Below are positions 21,686 through 35,800 of a stretch of 64,000 nt of DNA, in pieces. Source of the stretch: Octopus sinensis (Eukaryota). A model generated the notes under the pieces. The model searched no databases. It was not told the DNA's origin and saw nothing but the letters and a program-made list of their open reading frames with translations. The stretch is from NCBI RefSeq assembly GCF_006345805.1, contig NC_042997.1, positions 192,944,001-193,008,000 of the forward strand, written 5' to 3'. The stretch's first letter is position 1; each line of letters opens with the position of its first letter. The position numbers and the translations under genes were made by a program.

Positions 21686-24600
21686 ATCAAAATTGATGAC
21701 TGGCATCCGTGCTAGTGAAGTGCTAAGAGTACCATACGAGTGAGATCGTTGCCAGAGCAACAAGCTGGCCTCCGTGCTGATGGCACGTAAAAACACCATT
21801 CAAGCGTGATCCTTACCTGCGTCGCCTTATTGGCACTTGTACTGGTAGCACATGAAAGTACCACCACCTGGCTCATGAATGCCACTAAAAGCTTCCATGG
21901 GCCAGGTGATGGTATTTGACCAGGTAACAGGTTTAGTCTATGACTCAACATACTAGAAATAACAGTCAACTTCTCAAACCACCTTCTATCTCAGAAAAAA
22001 AAAAGAAAGGGAAGAGAACAGTTGATAAATTGTCTGCAAAATAAAAAAAACACAGATGGTCACAGTGATCGGATTAATCAGGGTTGACTTGGGCTAAACA
22101 ATAACAACAAGAACAACAGCATTTTTCAAGACATCAAAAAGTACAGGATCAGCAATGTTCAAGAGTTGAATGAAATGGAAAACCTTTAGTCATAGCTCTG
22201 ATCAATCAGGGCTTACTTAGGGCTAAACAATAACAGGATTATAAGATTCCTTTCTGATTTACCAAATGAAAACTTACACAAGAGTCATGTCATCTTCCTG
22301 AAGGTAATTCCAACTGTCATTATCCAAACCACTGTAGATTCCATTATTGTTGAAGACAAGAAATATGACTGGCAGTTTATATCTGGAAGGAGAGAAGAGT
22401 GAGTGATTAATTGTTATTGAGTAGAAATGCTATAGGATGATTCAGAAGACCCTTTACACATATATGCAAGGGAGAAAGAAACCATTGAAGACCTACACTG
22501 AGATTCAATGATACTGGAAAGGAACATGAAGTGGAAAGGAATTGATAATGATAAATAGTAAATTCAGGTGAAAAACCGACCAGTATAGAGAAAGCTTGTC
22601 AAGTCATGCCAAAGCCATGAACAGTCATAGTCACAATGACTGACTGCAAATAATAATATATGCATAGGCGCAAGAGTGGCTGTGTGGTAAGTAGCTTGCT
22701 TAACGAACCACATGGTTCCGGGTTCAGTCCCACTGCGTGGCACCTTGGGAAAGTGTCTTCTACTATAGCCTCGGGCCGACCAAAGCCTTGTGAGTGGATT
22801 TGGTAGACGGAAACTGAAAGAAGCCCGTCGTATATATATATATATATATGTGTATGTGTGTGTTTGTGTGTGTGTTTGTACCCCCAACATCGCTTGACAA
22901 CCAATGCTGGTGTGTTTACATCCCCGTAACTTAGCGGTTCGGCAAAAAGAGACTGATAATATAAGTACTAGGCTTACAAAGAATAAGTCCTGGGGTCGAT
23001 TTGTTCGACTAAAGGCGGTGCTCCAGCATGGCTACAGTCACATGACTGAAACGAGTAAAAGAGCATACATAGCCGTTATAGTAGATATACAGGGTGGCCC
23101 AAAAGTAGGTTTACAGTTATTCAACTATCTCTTTCACATTCATATATTAACAGTTTAGAGCTTAATTATAAAAAAAAATCTGAAACCATTATTCTATGTT
23201 AATTTAGGTAATTGTAAGAGAGAAGTTTAAATGCAATAAATTGTTTTAAAAGAAATTTGAAGTGTCTACGTGATAACTGTAAACCTACTTTTGGGCCACC
23301 CTGTATAAACCAGCATTTCGCATGTCTTAATGTTCTGAGTTCAAATTCCACTGAGGTCGACTTTGCCTTTCATCATTTCAGGGTCAATAAAATAGGTACC
23401 AGTTAAAGTACTGGGGTTGATGCAATCAACTTACTTCCTCCCTCGAAAGTGCTGGCCTTATGCCAAAATTTGAAATCAATATTACATCTGAGCGTGATCG
23501 TTGCCAGAGTGGCTAACTGGCTTCCATGCCGGTGGCATGTAAAAGGCACCATTCGAGCGTGATCGTTACTAGCATCACCTTGCTGGCACCTGTGCTGGTG
23601 GCACGTAAAAGCACCCACTACACTCGGAGTGGTTGGCATTAGGAAGGGCATCCAGCTGTAGAAACTCTGCCAGATCAAGACTGGAGCCTGGTGCAGCCAT
23701 CTGGTTCGCCAGCCCTCAGTCAAACTGTCCAACCCATGCTAGCATGGAAAGCGGATGTTAAACGATGATGATGAAAGATATAGAACAAGTGAACTGGCAG
23801 TGGCCGAGCGTTAAAGTCGTCAGCTAATGTATACAGGAGAGATGACTTGTGGATGATTGACGTGAATGAATGATAAGTGAAAAGATGAAAGATTACCACA
23901 AACTATTGTTAGAGGGTATCCATTGCAGAAGATAGCTAAGGAAGACATGGAGGGAAAAAAGATAATGAGGTTAAAGTTCAGGATGTTCAAAACTCAGAAA
24001 TGCACTGACAAAGGATTATAACAAGTGTTGAAATGCTGCCTAATTCATAACAGCTTGGAAAAGTGGATTTTAAAACATAGATAAAGCTGTTGATTAATAT
24101 ATATTTCAGGTGAACTGGCAGAACTCTTAGCATGCCAGACATATTGCTTAGTGGCATTTATTCTGCCTTTACATTCTTATTTCTTTACTGCCCACAAGAG
24201 GCTACTCACAGAGGAGACAAACAAACGGATTAAGTTGATTATATCGACCCAGTGCATAACTGGTACTTATTTAATCGACCCCGAAAGGATGAAAGGCAAA
24301 GTCGACCTCAGCGGAATTTGAACTCAGAATGCAGCTGCAGACTAAATACCGCTAAGCATTTCGCCCAGCATACTAACGTTTCTGCCAGCTCGCCGCCTTT
24401 ACATTCTGAGTTCAAATGCTACCAAGGTTGGTAGCATTTGAACTCTTTTGGGGTTGAGAAAGCAAGTACTAGCTGAGCACTGAAGTCAATGCAATCAACT
24501 TGTCCCCTCTCACACATTTCAGGCCTTGTGCCTATAGAAGAAAGAATTAATATACATTTCAATACAACTATCCCTTACATAATATTTTGGACATGGTGCT

Positions 24601-27600
24601 CCTTATGAAAATTCTCAATATATATATGTGACAAAAATATTTATTTTCCCACAGTATAAACCTGTACAAATCTACTCTTCTTCAACTTTCCTTATAATCT
24701 CTGAAATCATCTCACCTGCATACAGTCTCCAATTCCATTGCTGAAAAACCAATGGCACTGTCTCCTTCAACGCAAATCACACGCTTCTTACCGCCTGTCT
24801 CCTTACACCACAAGGCAGCTGCTATTGCAAATCCTAAACCAACACCCATCGTTCCAAAACTCCCAGCATCAAGCCTGAAAATCAAAAATACAAATATAAC
24901 ATCATTTAAATCTATACTAGTACTATGACACGGCAACACCGGTCATAGTGCTAGTGCATGCATATACAGCTGCGTGCATGCACACATACACGTGAGTACT
25001 GTCCAAATCTCCGACCAATCACATACAGCTAGCTGGCATTCAATTGGCGTATCAAGTTTTGGGCATTTTGATTGGGTTTTGGATAAAAAAATTCACAAAA
25101 AAGTCACTTCTATTGGTTTTTTAATGGCTTTGCAGGGTGACTGGGGAAATGTAAAGATGTGCACGACCACCCTTGGACGGTTTTCAATGATCATAGAAAG
25201 TGCGAGCCCTCTAACTGAAAAATTGTGGATTTGTATAAAGGACACACACAGACATTTTGCCGTTTATATATATAGAGAGATATATATAAAAGGGAGATTC
25301 TGTCCATTCGTGTGTTTGTTAGTCCCATAAAGTGAAAGTAAATGGTTCAAGGGAAGCAACACTAATTGTGCACAAACTTATGATGAACTGCATTGAGGCA
25401 AATATTCTCACTGGTTGTGGTAAATGCAACACGGTTCCTTGCATACCAATTATACCATTTAAGCCCTTAGTTTCCCATTCCACTTTCTTTTGCCATGAGC
25501 ATTAATAAATCATCAATGGCACAGAGTGGTAAGACTTGGATGTATAGAAGCATTTGCTTGTCTTTCATATAAAAATTTTTCCCAAGCAGGTGTGGCTGTG
25601 TGGTAAAAAGTTTGTTTCTCAACTACATGGTTCTGGGTTCAGTCCCACAGCATGACACCTTGGGAAAGTGTGTTCTGCTATAGCATTGGACTGACACATA
25701 CATGTGCACACACATACACATATATAACAAACCAGTGTTGGTTTGTTTACATTCCCATAATTTAGCAGTTCAGAAAAAATGTCCAACAGAATAAATATCA
25801 GACTCAATAAAAATAGAACTGGGGTCAGTTTTGCTAGACTAACCACATCAAGGCAGTGCCCCAGCATAGCCGTAATCTAATGACTGAAACAAGTAAAAGA
25901 AGAAAGATAGACAGACAAACCGTTGTCTTGGTAACAGGTTTTGTATCATGGACCGACCAATATCCATTGTGTTGGCTCCTTCACTCACAATGACAACATC
26001 ATTTTCTCCAAGAATTTCTGTAATCTAAAAAAATAATTGAAAATAATTGGACTTCCAAGTACAAGATCGAAACATATCGTTATATAAATTTGCCTAATTA
26101 GTGAATTATTTTCACCTAAAAGAAAAACAAAAATAAATCCTGTATATTAGCTGTTCTGGAGGTTTGGCAGCTTTGAGTTAATGCTTTGCTGAAGAGGAAT
26201 AATAAAACTGAAACTTGTCTGTAGTTGTCACCACAGCTGCCAAAGGTCTGACTCACTCTTCTCCTGTATTTCTTCGTTTAATTCTTTGCTAATTGAAATT
26301 TCAAGAGTTCTTTCCCTTGCTTCTTTTGAGAGTAATTTTCATTAAACACTAATGAATTTACTTCTCATTACATTTATAATTTCATATAACCGCATTAAGT
26401 ACAATAGCCTGAACATAAATTATATGTTACAGATTTTAGAATTATCAAGAATTGCCTTAGATATATTGTGTTGGAAATAATGTTATTTGGTTGTTTCATT
26501 TGTGATACAGTTTTATGATATTCTTTCGTTATTCTAACTGTTTCAGTCAAAAGACTGGCCATGCTGGGGCACTGCCTTGAAGGGTTTAGTTGATTGAATC
26601 AACCCCTCTAATTGTTCTTTAAATTTAGTACTTATTCTATCAGTTATTTCTGCTGAACTCCAAAGTTATGGGTGATATAAACAAATTTATACTGGTTGTC
26701 AAGTTACAAGAGACAAACATACAGATATATATGTGTGTATATATGTAAGTGCGTATGCATATATTACATATCCATTACCTGAGGGAAGAGCTCTCTCTCT
26801 CCTTCTGCTCTTCCTTCAAGCTGGATAACCAAGTATCTTCTTTACAGCAACACACCCGTTTCTATCCTCATTTTTCTCTCTATCGCTCTGGCCAGGTTAT
26901 AATGACAGAGAGATAGAAATAGGTGTTTTGCTGTAGGGGAGGTACACCTCCCCTACAGCAAAACACCTATTTCTATCTCTCTGTCTCATTATAACCTTTC
27001 ATCATCTGACACAAGATCCCCTCATCAAATGTCTCCTTCTCTCTCAAAGGACTTTTTTGTTATGCAAGTTACCTGGTGACATTGCCAGTGCTGGTATCAC
27101 TTAAAAAGCATCCAGTCAACTCTGTAAAGTGGTTGGCATTTGGAAGGGCATCCAACTATAAAAACCATGCCAAAACCGACCTTGGCTGTGCTTGTGCAAT
27201 GTAAAAAGCACTAAGTCCACTCTGCTGGGTGGTTGGTGTTAGGAAGGGTATCTAGTCATAAAAACCTTGTCAAAACAGACACAGAAGTCTGGTGCAGGCT
27301 CCTGCCTGGCCAGCCCCTGTTAAACTGGCCAATCCATGCCAGCATGGAAGGCAATTGTTAAACCACAATGATAATATTAAATGAAATATTTTCACACAGT
27401 TTTCATCTACCAAATTCCCTTACAAAACATTGCTCAGCTTGAGCTATAGCAGAAGATATTTGCCCAAGGTCTTACACAATGGGACTGAACCCAAAACACA
27501 TAGGATTGTGAAATGAAATCCTTTACCATACAGCCATGCCTGTAATATTTTTGCCTTATCGATATAAGATATAATCATACAAAGATGGCTAAACTGTGAT

Positions 27601-29779
27601 GGGTTCAAAATATGGTCAGTTTATTCACAAAATATGATATTTAGGCAGAAATATTGTGGAACCGAAGATAAGTTCCTAGAATAACTAAACACATTTATTT
27701 TGAATGCCTAGATGTAGTTATTTGGTTTTACTTACCTATTACCCTGTTACTAATGCCTGAAGGAAAGCAATGAATATCACAGCCTCCTCTTCCCAGACCT
27801 CTGAAAATCTTAATGTTTATGCTATCCATGCATCTACTCTAGCACTCAATTATGAAAGCAGAGTTAACCTACATTCTTACAAAGATTTGCCCCCAACCCA
27901 TTCTGATGGAACTAAGAGGGTTTGATTTGGTAATAAGACAAGCAGGTAATAAAATAAGTCTATATGCTATGAGATACTGATATTTTGGGTAGGGATTATC
28001 TTTGGAGAAGAAATATATTTTTTATATTTTTATAATAGGCAGTAAAGATTATAAAAATTAAGAACACATTTGGACAGACAAATGTGAAAGTGAGATTAAC
28101 TTACTTTAGAGAAGGCACAGTAATAGTTGAGAGGCACAGTTTCATCAGCACTCAAAGCCTGAGTAAAATAGATTTAATATAGAAAAACAGAAAATTATTC
28201 AAGGAACATGATGTGTAATTTCTGCTACCTCAAAATTTGATTTTTTTAAAAATTTAATTTAACTTTGAAATATTGAAAAATATTCAAGAAATAAGACACA
28301 AAATTTCTATTAACTTAAAATTTGACTTCTACATTTGGCACAATGCTACAAATATTGTAGGAGAGGAATATAGTTAGTTGAATCAGTCTTAGTCCAAGGC
28401 TGGTACATATTTTGTCAATTTGATATGGATTAGAAGCAAAATCAACCTTAACCTTTAGCACACTGCATTTTCTCTTAAATTGTTTCCTCTGCAACTGACC
28501 TATTACTACAAGGGAAAAAACTCATATGGTGATATGATGCACCTACAGTGTGCTACAGGTCAAACAGCTGAACTCAGAATATAAGGAGACCTAATTAAAT
28601 ATGGTGACTGTTAGACCTTTCTTTGATTACATGCTGCTTGCTATATTTAAAAACAAGGCACATTTACTTATGTACTTCTACACGGAATATGTCTGGAAAA
28701 ATAAAAAGATGAAGAATCATCATAGCTACAATACCTTTGATGACAGGTTTCCTTGGTCAGGCTTGATCAGAAGCTACACAGCAGCAGCTACTACAACTGC
28801 TTCTGTTGCTGTAGCTGTCACCACCACATTTAGTCTAGCACTAGCATTCCTACTACTTAATCACACTCATCATCATTTAATGTCCACTTTCCATGGTGGC
28901 ATGGGTTGGACGATTTGGCTGAGGACTGGCAAAACCAGATGGCTGCACCAGGCTCTAATCTTGATCAGACAGAGTTTCTACAGCTGGATGCCATTCCTAA
29001 TGCTAACCACCCCGAGAGTGTAGTGGGTGCTTTTTACGTGCCACCAGTATGGGAGCCAGTCAGGAGGCACTGGCATCGACGACGCTTGAATGATGCTTTT
29101 ACGTGCCACTGGCATAAGGGCCAGTTAAGCGGTACTGGCAACGGCCATGCTCAAATGGTGCTTTTTACGTGCCACCTGCACAGGAGCCAGTCCAGCGGCA
29201 CTGCCAACAACCTCGCTCAAATGTTTTTTGTAAACTCTGCTAACTTAAAAATAAGGATAACAACTTGAAAAACTTTAGAAGTTCTGAATGTGTATTTGAG
29301 ACAAAAAAACAGGAATGCATTAGGAATTAAATCTAAAAAGTAAAACTTACATTTATGGCTTTTTTATTTTTGTCAATAGCTTTATTCAAGTCTTGCCACC
29401 AAAGTTCCGTATGGTGAAAGGGATAACTGTTTGAAGAATTAGCTAATTCCATTGACATCTGAAGTTGAAAAAATAAATTATCATCATCATGGTTTTACAC
29501 TCATTCTTTTTTTCATATTGGTATGGGATAGACAAGAATTATTAAGCCAGTTTTCAACAGCTGGATATCACTTCCTGTTGCCAACCATTATCTGTTTTTC
29601 AATTAATGAATTTGTAAATTCCAGGGTCGGGTCCTTACACACAACAAAACTGGTGAGGGATGGATCATTTTCTTTACAACAAGCATAATCACTGGCAGCA
29701 TTTTCTTTCACATGATGACAATGTAAAGACACCCAGAAACATTCACATACACAAATTTTGGCAATGACCTCACTCGAAT

Positions 29780-29810
<31 letters not shown>

Positions 29811-32800
29811 TACACACGAGTGACTGAGGCTAAAGGTAGTGAGATATAAACCAGCATGTTCATTTTACCTTGAACAAATAAAGATCTTACCTGGGAAAGA
29901 GCTGCTTTTACATCAGCAGCAAGAGCTACAACAGGCCGAACATTATTACCCAATTCTTCTTGATGGATATCCACCTGAGAAAGAGAGAGAAATCAATCGA
30001 GTGAACAAGCAAATAATGTACGAGATATTTTTTTCTGCCATCAAAATCATTGGAATATATATCTACGAAGAATTTGTCAGTTATTTACCTGGATGACTTT
30101 GACATTTGGTTGGAAGCGAGGAGGAAGACCAAAGTGTAGAATCCAGTTCAAACGTGCACCAAGCAGAAGAATCACATCAGCTTCTCGAAGAGCTCTGCAA
30201 ACATATTTCTGTCGTTTTAATTGCTATGTTGATAAAAATATTAATAAAAGTTAGCAGGTAATACTTTTAATTATTATAATCATGAGTTTAAAAGATTCAG
30301 GTGTGGCTGTGTGGTTAAGAAGCTTGCTTCCCAACTATGCCATCTCAGGTTCAGTCCAACAGGGCAGCACCTTAGGCAAGTATCTTCATTTTGAGTGGTG
30401 ATATATATTTTAATGTCAGATTGTGATTTTTATACAGTATGTGTTGTGTGGAGTGTTGTTGAAAGAGGGTGGGTCATAGCAGCAGACTGTGTAGAGCTCT
30501 TAGCCTTGATGTGGTTCTTATATGTCTGTTCATGTTCTTTATCATACCAATAAGGTTTAATTTCATTGATAAGGTGCAGGTTTCTTTTATAAGTGCACCT
30601 TATAAACTGTCTAATGTTATACTGTGGGCCCTGAATGCAGAGGATATGTGAAGGTTAGAAAGGAATGAAGCTAGTATGCTCCACTGGATGTGCAATTTAA
30701 GTGTATATGTTCAACACAGTGCAGGTGTTCTGAGTGAGAAGTTAGGCATAAGAGGAATTGGTTTCCGTGTACAAGAGAAGACCATGCTGGTTTATTCATG
30801 TGATGCAGATGGATGCCAACAGTTCCATAAAGAAGTGCCGATCTCTCAAAGTGGATGGAAATGCAGAAGTAGGAAAACAGGAGACCCAGGAAGATATGGG
30901 TACTGAAGAATGACCTCAAGAAGCTGAACCTGTCAGGCAAGTTGACAAAGGACCAAGATACCTGGCGTCTAGCTGTACTCAAGATGATCCATACCCTGCA
31001 GCAGAAGTGTTAAGACCAATCCTTTTGGTGATGTGAAGCATTCATAGACAAATCACTTAAAAGTGCCCCATGAGGTGCCATGTAAAAGTACCCAGCACAC
31101 CCTGTAAGTGGTTGGTGCTAGGAAGGGCTTCAAGCCATAGAAACCATGTTGAATCGGACTGGAGTGTAGTGCAGCCCCTCAGATTGCCAGCTCTGGTCAC
31201 ACCATCCAACCTATGCCAGCATGGATAACAGACATTAAATTATGATGTTGATGACACACACATGTATGTATATATATATATATATATATATAAACACATG
31301 TACACACACATACATAAAGGTGCATGTATATACATGTATTTATAAGTATGTACATGTGTGTGTTGGGGGTTAATTATAGGAAATTGTCAAATATTGAGAT
31401 TTTACTTTGATCTGGCTGCTGAAACACACTGCTTATGGTTGTCTGGAACAACTCCTTTACCCATCGGGGTTGGAAGGAAAGGCAGTCCAGTTGCTGATAA
31501 AAAATGTTGCAGTTCCTTCTCAGCCTGGGAATAGGCAGCTCCTGAAAATAATTTTATAACAAACATATTACAAAATGTTACAAAAATAAATTATATTGGA
31601 CACTGTTGAAACAACACTGATATTGCCACATTTATTTACCATCCTAGATCCCTTCTAAAGAAAATTGATTTAATAGACTGGCATGAAGTTACCCACTAAC
31701 ATATTTCAACCATCACCCTCACAAACTTGCTGTCTCCTCTCTCTGCTTTTTTTTTTACCACTACTACAATCAGGGTCAGATTAAGACCAATAGAGGCCTT
31801 AAGCACTTAAGAAATGTTGGTATTCTTATATATAGGTAATTCAAAATATAAACAATAATAATAAACCATAAAATAAATTTTTAGTAAAAAGCACCCACTA
31901 CACTCTTGGAGTGGTTGGCGTTAGGAAGGGCATCCAAGTGTAGAAACTCTGCCAGATCAAGATTGGAGCCTGGTGCAGCCATCTGGTTCGCCAGCCCTCA
32001 GTCAAAATCGTCCAACCCATGCTAACATGGAAAGCGGACATTAAACGATGATGATGATGAAAATGAAACAAAACTAACAATAAGATGAGAAATAGTGCAT
32101 TAAATTCCCCAGTTTAGAGAGAGGCCCTAAAAAGGCCATGAGGCAGAGTACCTTCTTCCAAACTAAATCAAAATTAAAAGAAAAAGTAAGATAAAAATGC
32201 CTTTGTATGGAGAAAACTTCGGTATTTGTATTAGCATGGGTTGGACGATTTGACTGAGGGCTGGTGAACCAGATGGCTCCACCAGGCTCCAATCTTGATC
32301 TGGCAGAGTTTCAACAGCTGGATGCCCTTCCTAATGCCAGCCACTCTGAGAGTGTAGTGGGTGCTTTTATGTGCCACCGGCACGGGGGCCAGTAAGGCGG
32401 TACTGGCAACGACCTCACTCGAATCTTTTTGATGGAAACACAGTAAAAGCGGTGTTTTAAACAATATTTAGCCTCTTGGTGCAGAAGGAACTGCAAATAT
32501 CTCAATAAATGTGTGTATGTGTTATTATATAGAATGCTATCTTACCTTTACCAATGATGACCAAAGGTTTATGGGCAGCGGAGAGGACTTGGAGGGCTTT
32601 TCTAATGTCTTCAAGAGGGGCATGTGCTCTTGGAGAATCAGGACACTTTTGGCACCATCTGTTGATAAATGCAAGTTATTGGAACTAGTTAATCGATTAT
32701 ATATCAAATTCAAAAATTATTTTACTGTACAAAAGTGAAAAAAAAAATGTTTTTTATATATATATAAAAATGCACTTAAAGGCAGATGGAGGACAAGAAA

Positions 32801-35800
32801 CATGACATTAAAAATAAGAACCTTAAAAGGTAAGAAATGTGAATATATATATATATTCTTTTACTCTTTTACTTGTTTCAGTCATTTGACTGTGGCCATG
32901 CTGGAGCACCGCCTTTAGTCGAGCAATTCAACCCCAGGACTTATTCTTTGTAAGCCTAGTATTTATTTTATCGGTCTCCTTTGCTGAACTGCCAAGTTAC
33001 AGGGACCTAAACACACCAGCATCGGTTGTCAAGTGATGTTGGAGGGACAAACACAGACACACACACATATATATATATATACACACACATATATATGTAT
33101 ATACACGTGTAAAACCACACAGATGGCATGAGTTCACACCGTCAACACAAAAATGAAAAATATACAAGAGCACACAAGATCATAGCAAAATATAACAAAA
33201 GAAAAATATTTTAAGTTGATAAAGAAGGAAGTCCAAATACAATAGGTAAAGGAAAATAGGTTTATACTGTCACTTGCTATGTTTTTGTAGAGGGGAACCA
33301 AAATCTCAAAATACAACTAGTGGCTTGCAGGAAGGTACCAAAGGATTCTGTATGTACAAATGGATATATGTAAAAAGTAAATGTTAACCATTAACCTTTC
33401 TTTGGCCAGCTACATCTGCTTAGAGCCTATTTTCTTACATTCCTGATTCACAGTCTCAGGCTTGCATAGACAAGAGGCAGCTTTTCTAACATAATGAAAG
33501 AGCCTAAACTACAACTATAAGTTAATAAGAGAGCCTCTACACAATCGCTTCACCTGTTAGGAACAGATGTCACATCTCACCTCAAATTCCACCTTATTGT
33601 CTAGATAAGAAACTCTAAACTTCTTGAATCTGTGGATCTGTCTAAGGATGATAGAAGATGTCTTTGTAGTGACGCTACTATGGAAATTTCAGCACGCATG
33701 CACAGAATTGGATTACTTCCAGTAGGCCACTGGAAGTTCCCTCATGCGCAGGAACTGCAACCTGAAAGCGCAACCGCTAAATCGGTCTTTTTGAAAAAGC
33801 AGCCCTAACGAGCGGACGTGGCTAAAACTTCTCTCAGGGAAAACCCTACACACAGAGAAGCTCTCTCTTCGAAATGGGAATGAACACCGTATCTTCTTGG
33901 CTTACCCGAGTGAACATTTATGTACAGTCCTGAGGACTTGGCTGCTGGTTCGCCCATAAGAAATATATAGGTATATATTTTACCTGTGAACCCGAAGAAT
34001 AAAGTACTATTTATTGTTATCGAAGACAGCTGGATTTTTGGTTTCTTCTCTTTGACTTGTATGTGACAAGATAAGACCAGACACCCCTCCAGTGTTCTAG
34101 AACTCTCATCTTGTTACATCTTCTTTGTAACCTGCTCACTATTGTCACAATATATTCGAGTCCACAGAGTGGATATTTGTATTTAGTTTCCCTTAAAATT
34201 AAACAGATAATACACAAATCTCACTCTGGAGAGGGTGTGGGTCTAGAGAATATTTTTGAACTCATTCATAGAAGCTGATGAATTGCTTGTCAGTTTTACA
34301 GGACAGCATGTACCTAGAGTAAGTGTACAACCATGTGGTAACTACTTGCAGCATGGATTTATACCAACCTGTGGGATCTATTCACAAAAGGCTATTATAC
34401 CACCCTTGATACCTGCTTACAGTAAGTGTTTAAAGAAGTCTGTAGTACTGATTTCTGACAAGGAATTCTACTACTGTATGGTACCAACTTACTGTAGGGA
34501 TCTATACCAATTTGTGGACTTATTAACAACAGGTCATTATACTGCCCTTGATACCAATTTAAAATAAGGGTTAAAAGCAGCCTGTTGTAATGACTTCCAA
34601 TAAGGAATTATATCATTGTGTGACACCTGTTTACCATAGGGAATTATACTTCCTGTGATACCAATCTACAGCAGGGAATATATTATGCAGCAGCACTTAG
34701 CAGAGAATATAACATAATATAATATAAATATAGAAATTATAATGCATTGAAGTACCTAATTACAACAAGAAATATATTCTGTGGTACCAACTTATATCAC
34801 AGAATTTTAATACCTAATGATTCATAGACAGCAGTGAAGTATATAATCCTGTGGTACCTAAATACAGCAAGGTTATAAAACCCTATAGTACCTATTGCCA
34901 GCAGAGGATTATACCACTGTAGGTACCTACTTGCAGTAAGAAATCTTACTTCCTGTGACACTTGGAGCTGTGGTACCTACTTGGTGATACACACAAATGA
35001 AGCCAGTAAGTGGAATATGAACCACAAACATCTCAGCTGGTTGTCTGTTACTGAATCATTTGACTATATCTGCTCTCTTAACTAAGAATATGGATAATGT
35101 TATGTTTTTATGTTAGTTGAAAACTAATCCAAACGTTTCTGTATCATGAAACTAAACAATTTGATTAAGGGTTGATAAGATTTGTGGAGGCGCGTGGCTT
35201 AGTGGTTAGGGTGTCAGCATCATGATTGTAAAGATTGTGGTTTTGATTCCTGGACTGGGTGACGCGTTGGGTTCTTGAGCAAAACACTTCATTTCACATT
35301 GCTCCAGTCCACTCAGCTGGCAAAAATGAGTAACGCTGCGATGGACTGGTGTCCCATCCAGCTGGGGAACACATACACCATTGAATCTGGGAAACCGGGC
35401 CCATGAGCCTGGCTAGGCTTTAAAAGGGAGCATTTATTTTATTTATTTAAAGCCAAAATACAAGCAAGCTTTGGTTCAAGAAAAGTAGAGAATTTTTATA
35501 AACATGTACTCACACAACTGATGAAGAATCAACAGCAGCTGTTATCATATCAGCTGGTAGATCTAAGTAGCTAACTCCAGGACGTCCATAAAGAGAAATT
35601 CTTACAGCCTAATATGAAATGGAGAAAAGACTTTAAAGTTATATGATCAACATTATCATCATTTTATTTTCCAATATCACATATATAAGGGTAAAGGGTA
35701 AAGACTCCCTTCAGTCATGAATGACCATGGGACTGCACCTAGAAACTTCCCCTGCATGGCACAAGCCTGGGGAAGACCAGCAGTTGACCATGCATACCAG

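Noticed and set aside
33800-33812. Telomerase RNA template (CCCTAAC)
   Set aside because: Only 7 nt match, with no recognisable pseudoknot or H/ACA domain; expected by chance.
33828-33900. U3 snoRNA / RNase MRP resemblance
   Set aside because: Only short word matches. Boxes C', B, C and D of U3 and the GGAAAGUCCCC-type CR-I of MRP are missing.
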